DNA of 45,264 bases from a bacterium (GTDB lineage: Bacteria > Planctomycetota > Phycisphaerae > UBA1845): contig JAAEQG010000440.1 in assembly GCA_024231775.1 (NCBI GenBank), forward strand, positions 1-45,264, given 5' to 3'. The notes beneath the pieces are model-generated. The model did no database searches. It was not told where the DNA came from and saw nothing but the letters and a program-made list of their open reading frames with translations. Of the stretch, positions 44,536-45,264 are shown piece after piece. Made by a program: the position numbers and the translations under genes. Every line of letters starts with the position of its first letter. Within the stretch, counting starts at the first letter, position 1.

Positions 44536-45264
44536 ATGGTGACAGAGTCAAGTAGCAAGAGATTGTGGTGTTGTGGTACTGGTGCGTGGGTGATCGCCGC
44601 CTTGGTCGTGTGGGCGTGCGCCCCCTCGGCCTACGCCCAGGAGGCCTGCGCCGTACTCGAGCAGGATCGCACGTTCCCGGACTGCAATGGGGACGGTATT
44701 GAAGACGTGGATGACATCGCCCAAGGTACCAGCCTGGATGCCAACGGGAACCAGATCCCGGATGAGTGCGATTTCCAGATCTGCGACGACCTGTGGGATG
44801 GCTTTCAGCCCAACCCGCCGTTCAGCTACACCAAGCAGATAGGCCTGATCGACTACAACGGCGACGGGATATACTGGGACGACCCCGAGGGTAAAGGGTC
44901 CATTGATAAGCGCGGTTGCGGTCCCAACGGCCGTTTGGACCAAACCCTCAAGATTGGCGTGCACAGCGACAATCCTGCCGCGGGCTACGTGCAGAGTGAG
45001 TACTTCCGGACCCTGGCAGGCGAGCTCGATTGCGGGGCTTCGAAGTACTCGCTGGCGTTTCAGTTCAAGACCGACGTGACGATCGCCTCCGAGTACGACT
45101 GGTTGTACGACGTTTTCGACGGAGTGAGCGATTCCCGGGTTGTGCAGTTGGCGTTCACATCCTTGAATTCTGACGTAGACCCCGCGGATCGAGGGTACGT
45201 CCTGGTCAAGAACCCCGCAGGAACTCCTGAATGGATCAACACAGGCGTCGCGCTCAGCCTCGGC
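44536..45264 (+). CDS. Secreted protein with DCNxxxxPDEC-type Ca-binding repeats (runs off the 3' end of the window)
   Basis: Not in the ORF track because there is no stop. AGGAGG RBS; signal peptide ending AYA-QE; DCNGDGIEDVDDIAQGTSLDANGNQIPDECD; frame open to the window end. Confidence 0.8.
   Translation, partial: MVTESSSKRLWCCGTGAWVIAALVVWACAPSAYAQEACAVLEQDRTFPDCNGDGIEDVDDIAQGTSLDANGNQIPDECDFQICDDLWDGFQPNPPFSYTKQIGLIDYNGDGIYWDDPEGKGSIDKRGCGPNGRLDQTLKIGVHSDNPAAGYVQSEYFRTLAGELDCGASKYSLAFQFKTDVTIASEYDWLYDVFDGVSDSRVVQLAFTSLNSDVDPADRGYVLVKNPAGTPEWINTGVALSLG

Noticed and set aside
1-45264. CRISPR array, cas genes, prophage, transposase or known defence genes
   Set aside because: No regularly spaced direct repeats and no matching protein motifs were found by eye.

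Overview
GC-rich bacterial chromosomal window. The lineage is inferred to be Planctomycetota, probably Phycisphaerae-like, from dockerin-like DxDGDGDxDLxDFAxFQxC..TGP C-termini, DCNxxxxPDEC repeats, a PEP-CTERM protein, CxxCGYxLxGL zinc ribbons and rpsP-trmD-rplS without rimM. It holds about 36 CDSs and one tRNA(CAT). Housekeeping genes include an M3 oligoendopeptidase, an HhH-GPD glycosylase, class II RNR nrdJ with tandem NrdR-like boxes, rpsP-trmD-rplS-yraN-tatD, comF, tsaA and a cysE-like gene. Envelope and secreted proteins include TMTC-like and GT39 glycosyltransferases, an RND pump, two sulfatase-TPR paralogs, an amidase, a trypsin-like protease and a large MFS transporter. I found no CRISPR array, prophage, integrase or transposase. 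The most notable signals absent from the ORF track are: (1) a CxxU Rdx-family selenoprotein with an in-frame TGA and a SECIS-like hairpin, directly upstream of the serine acetyltransferase; (2) a ~290-nt highly structured candidate ncRNA with alternative pairings downstream of nrdJ; (3) a 127-bp MITE inserted at CTAG in the comF 3' end, whose removal restores an ATGA stop/start overlap; (4) repeated uncharacterised domains inserted into a TMTC-like transferase and into an MFS transporter. All calls come from motif recognition by eye; no database searches were run, and several start codons are uncertain.
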